Shown here piece after piece: positions 60,661 to 64,000 of a stretch of DNA of 64,000 bases. Position 1 is the first letter of the stretch. Every line of letters begins with the position of its first letter. Below the pieces are notes generated by a model. That model was not told the origin of the DNA. It saw only the letters and a program-made list of their open reading frames with translations, and ran no database searches. Made by a program: the position numbers and the translations under genes. This DNA is from Camelus dromedarius (taxonomy: Eukaryota), in the NCBI RefSeq assembly GCF_036321535.1, contig NC_087436.1, forward strand, positions 74,400,001 to 74,464,000, in the 5' to 3' direction.

Positions 60661-61784
60661 AATATAGCTATATCTCAAAATAGCACAATGGGAGGGCAGG
60701 GGCTGGGGGGAGAGATTAAGTTGGATGGGAGGGGATCTAGGGAAGTTTTAGTCGTGGGCATTGACACAGAACATAGGTCGGAACTGTGCCGTGCAGAAAT
60801 AGAAAATGGCGTGGAGGAAGGTGATTCAGACAGAGCTAACACCTTAAGCAAAGTCCAGGAGGCCAAGGTACTGGATAAAGTACAAGTAGAAGCTGAAGAA
60901 AAGGAGTCGTGGGTGAAGGAAGGGCTCACAGGCAGGCTGGCCCTCACGAGAAAGGGCATTGAATGGGCTACCAGGCTGAGGTTTTTTCAACTTGTAAAGA
61001 GAAGCCTTGAAATTTTCCCCAAGTGCCAACCTTTAAAGCTTGGGCAACCCCACACCCAAAGAGAATGTACTGTTAAGGCTTTTCTTCTAACCATGGGGCA
61101 CTGTTACTGACCTGACAGGCAGTAAAATCCCTTTTGGAATTTGAAGCCAGATGACAGCCAGGTTAGAAAGGCAAAGGGCAGGGCATTGCCCCGGAAGTGC
61201 TGTGTTTAAACAGATGCTGGGAAGAACCGGGGGTTCTGGCAGGGAGCCGTGAAATTCCAAAGTCTGCTTCAGCAGAGCCAGGAAGCCGAAAGCAAGAAGT
61301 CATCACTGGGCTAGGAGTCATACATTCTAGGAGGAAGAATTAGAATTTCCCTTCTCTTCCTAAGAGACTGAAAACTGAGAACAGAATGAAATGGGGAGGA
61401 GGAAGGGTGCAGAGGTAAGGGGAAGAAAACCATTGGTATCCCCAGCTAAGCAGAGCCTGCTAATTGAAGCAGGAGCTCCTGGGCTCCAGTACTGCTGTCT
61501 GGGAGCAGAAGTCTGAATGAAGCCTGGGGCCATGGAGGACACCAGGGTACAGAGGAGGCACAGACCAGCTTGGAAAGGCAGGCTCGCTGGGCAATTCCCT
61601 TGAGCTCTGCGGGGAGGGAGTAGTCCTGGGTGCCTCCTTTCTGCCCCTGTTTCTGGGAAGGGGCCTCCAGGCATCTCTGCTATTCAGTCCAGCTCCAAAG
61701 AGGGAGGTGGAGGTGTGAGAAGAGATGGGGGGAGACTGCAGAAGGCAGAGCAGCCCGGAACCCAAGTGGGTGTGCCTGTACCTG

Positions 61785-62200
61785 GGGCTTTAGGCAAGAG
61801 GTGTGCCTGATGCACAGTGAGGCCCCAAAATAACCGCAACATTGGAGTTTGGAGCAGAGAAAGATTTCTTGCTAAGCCAAGCAAGAATGAGTCGCTTGTG
61901 CCCCCAAAACCCTGAACTCCCTGGGGGGTTTCAGCTGAGCATTTTTAAAGACCAGCTGAGGGAGGCGCGGCCCAGGGTATGTGATCGCTGTGCACGACTC
62001 TGATGGGTTGATGGTGATCAATCCCTAGGTGCCAGAAAGTCTGGGGGCTTCCATTGGTGGTGTTTTTTTTTAGCATCTGAAAAACTCAGGAAATATGCAT
62101 GAGATACTATTATCTGGGCACTATTATCTGGGCACTTCAGAGAGGAGCTACCACAAAGGATATGGGGGAAGGGGCTTGTGCTGGGAAGGCCCCGCAGGCA
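61785..62200 (-). mobile_element. ERV1-type solo LTR, copy 2 (same family and orientation as 51887-52359)
   Basis: Shares CCCTGAACTCCCTG..GGTTTCAGCTGAGCAT..GCCCAGGGTATGTGATC..CATCTGAAAAACTCAGGAA..ATGCATGAGATACT with copy 1. Has a 14-nt tandem duplication at 62106-62133. Boundaries approximate. Confidence 0.8.
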
Positions 62201-62989
62201 TAGTATTAATAAGCAGAGGAGAGGCCCACCTGGGTCTGTCTGCCCTTCAGCTTATCTCTTTGTTTCTGGGAGAGCTTTCGCAGGTTTCAAGGGAGCCGAT
62301 TACTCAATTTAAATAATATAAACAGCAAAACTAACTCTTATCCTTCTCCAAAATGTTGACACATTTCCCAAGATGGACAGAGGACCAGGAACTCAGAAAA
62401 GCTGCTGTAGAGGGCCGAGAGCGTGCCCAGGCCTTCTTCCTTAGAGAAAAGGGCCTTTGATTTAGAATAGTGCCCTGGCTGCTCAGTGCAGGCGGGGTGG
62501 CAGGCAAAACATGTTAGCCATCGGCAAAATGTGCTAAATGGCAGTGTTTATTTCCCTGAAGGGTAGACCCACCCACTGCTGCAAAGGGTTCGAGGCCACA
62601 AACTGCCTGTTGGTGCTCCCTGCCCCTAGAGACTAAGTGCTGACAGACGTCATGCAGGTTTCCAAGCCAAATCGGAAACCCTCTCTTCTTGGTCTATGCC
62701 CAGGTACCCACAAAGAGCAGTCACAGGAGGCATCGCTTGGCCAGCCCCGTAGATCTGATAAGGCTCTTGCTTTCTTCCTTCAGGTCAAGAGGGGCCTGTA
62801 CCCTGCCCCCTTTCTGGATCAAGCTCAGCTCTGCCCTTTAGCCCAGAGGCTGTGACTCTGGTTCCATCCCAAGTCATAAAGGGAGGGCAGGGCAGAGGAA
62901 TCTTCGTCTGAAAAGGCTATGGAGTATTACAGTGTGACTGGAAGTGAGTCTCCCTGTCAAAATGGTAGGCAGGACTGAATGTGGGCTGG

Positions 62990-63138
62990 GAGGCTGTCCA
63001 GAAAGCCACTCAGGCTCAGCCTCAGACAAAAGGCATAAGGACCTACTCCCTCCAAGACTGATTCTGTCAGGTCTGGGATCAGTGCAGAAATCGGCATGTT
63101 GAAAAAGCATCCTGGACCACACTTTCAGAAACACTGAA
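62990..63138. mobile_element. MER5B-like remnant
   Basis: GATTCTGTCAGGTCTGGG..GGACCACACTTTCAGAAACACTG terminal motif. Confidence 0.6.
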
Positions 63139-63349
63139 ACAGAAGCTATGGGACACATTTACAACTCCTGAAACTCACCCACCTTTATCCTCTGCAGAGA
63201 GCCTTCCTCCTGGATGAGCTGCCAGGTACCCCCTGTTCAACCTGACAGTACACAGACCTTTCCCACACAAGCTGGAGAGATTCTGCTGGGCCCCGAAAGA
63301 TGGACCCTCTCTCATTTTTCCAATCACAGTGTGCTGCTTATGCAGTTCC

Positions 63350-63600
63350 CTCCCCCAGCAGCGTCAGCCCCTAGGTCAAAACCCTACCTCTCCTCAGGAC
63401 TCAAGTGCCACTTCTTCCAAGAAGTCGTCCCTAACTTGTCAAACTACATAATTCCTCTTTCCTCTCATTGTACATTATTTCCATTCTGCCTCGGTACTAT
63501 TCATATGATACTTACGTTGTTTGCTTGTTCCTTATGGTCATTTGTGCACATATCTATTCTCCCTGTTAGAATGAGATCCTGGGTGTGAGGCAGAGGCCAT
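63350..63600 (+). mobile_element. L2 3' fragment
   Basis: GACTCAAGTGCCACTTCTTCCAAGAAGTCGTCCCT..CCCTGTTAGAATGAGATCC..GCAGAGGCCAT. Confidence 0.65.
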
Positions 63601-63689
63601 ACATGGTATCATCCATACTCCCTGGACACACGCGGCTCAGAGGAAGGTAACACCCTAGAACTTGGAGGTAAGGCAAATCAGGCTGCCTC

Positions 63690-64000
63690 TTCAGTGGATC
63701 TATTGGTTTTGCCTAAGTGAAATTCATCTGCCTTCTTCTGGTAAGACCATGCATCATTTTACATTCCCTCTCAATCCATGCACAAAAACCAGACCTCAGG
63801 AATGGTTGTGTCACCAAGGTCTAGACCATCCATGTATTCTATCTCCAGATACCATAATTGGTTCAGTGATGGGCACATACCCCAAGCCAGGCCTATGTGA
63901 TTTAACTGGAGTTCTTGCTGAACTACTGACAAAAAGAGAAGCTCTTTTCCAACTAGACTTAAAACTGGGAGGATGTGTGTCTGGAGCTGTTTTTAGGGGC
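63690..64000 (+). mobile_element. MLT1I/J/K-type MaLR LTR, runs off the window
   Basis: ATAATTGGTTCAGTGATGGGCACATACCCCAAGCCAGGCC..GAGAAGCTCTTTTCC..TCTGGAGCTG. Confidence 0.65.

Noticed and set aside
62106-62133. 14-nt tandem duplication in LTR copy 2
   Set aside because: Ordinary slippage duplication; useful only for telling the two LTRs apart.
51887-62200. Full-length endogenous provirus
   Set aside because: No gag/pol/env remnants or primer-binding site seen, and the interior contains repeats far older than the LTRs.

Overview
Mammalian genomic DNA, most likely a camelid (camel, alpaca or llama), inferred from five copies of a tRNA-derived SINE of the camelid Vic-1 type. The first ~31 kb hold the 3' end of SHROOM3 on the + strand. 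Six coding exons (3452-3525, 7338-8153, 9201-9713, 12254-12404, 21749-22021, 26095-26463) all have GT-AG boundaries and compatible phases. They splice to a 731-aa C-terminal segment containing the proline-rich/EVH1-ligand region and the ASD2 (SD2) ROCK-binding domain, followed by a ~3.4-4.3 kb 3'UTR with several poly(A) signals. The rest is intergenic and repeat-rich: a nested L1 cluster (33-43 kb), MIR, L2, MER5/MER91/Tigger-type DNA elements, MLT1 LTRs and two related ERV1-type solo LTRs, plus three N gaps. The most interesting unexplained structure is a CpG island at ~45.8-46.4 kb and a second promoter-like block at ~47.8 kb. Together they carry a coherent chain of strong minus-strand splice signals, suggesting a spliced antisense lncRNA pointing back into SHROOM3. 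Also notable: a cluster of radical substitutions in ASD2, a GC/CpG-enriched exon 7-type exon, a NAGNAG acceptor, a strong CTCF motif lying between two ~55-bp direct repeats in an intron, and a 5'-intact, 3'-truncated L1 ending at a SINE without a target-site duplication (TSD). I found no convincing novel protein-coding system. Comparisons with human sequence and repeat subfamily names come from memory and need database confirmation; repeat boundaries without TSDs are approximate.
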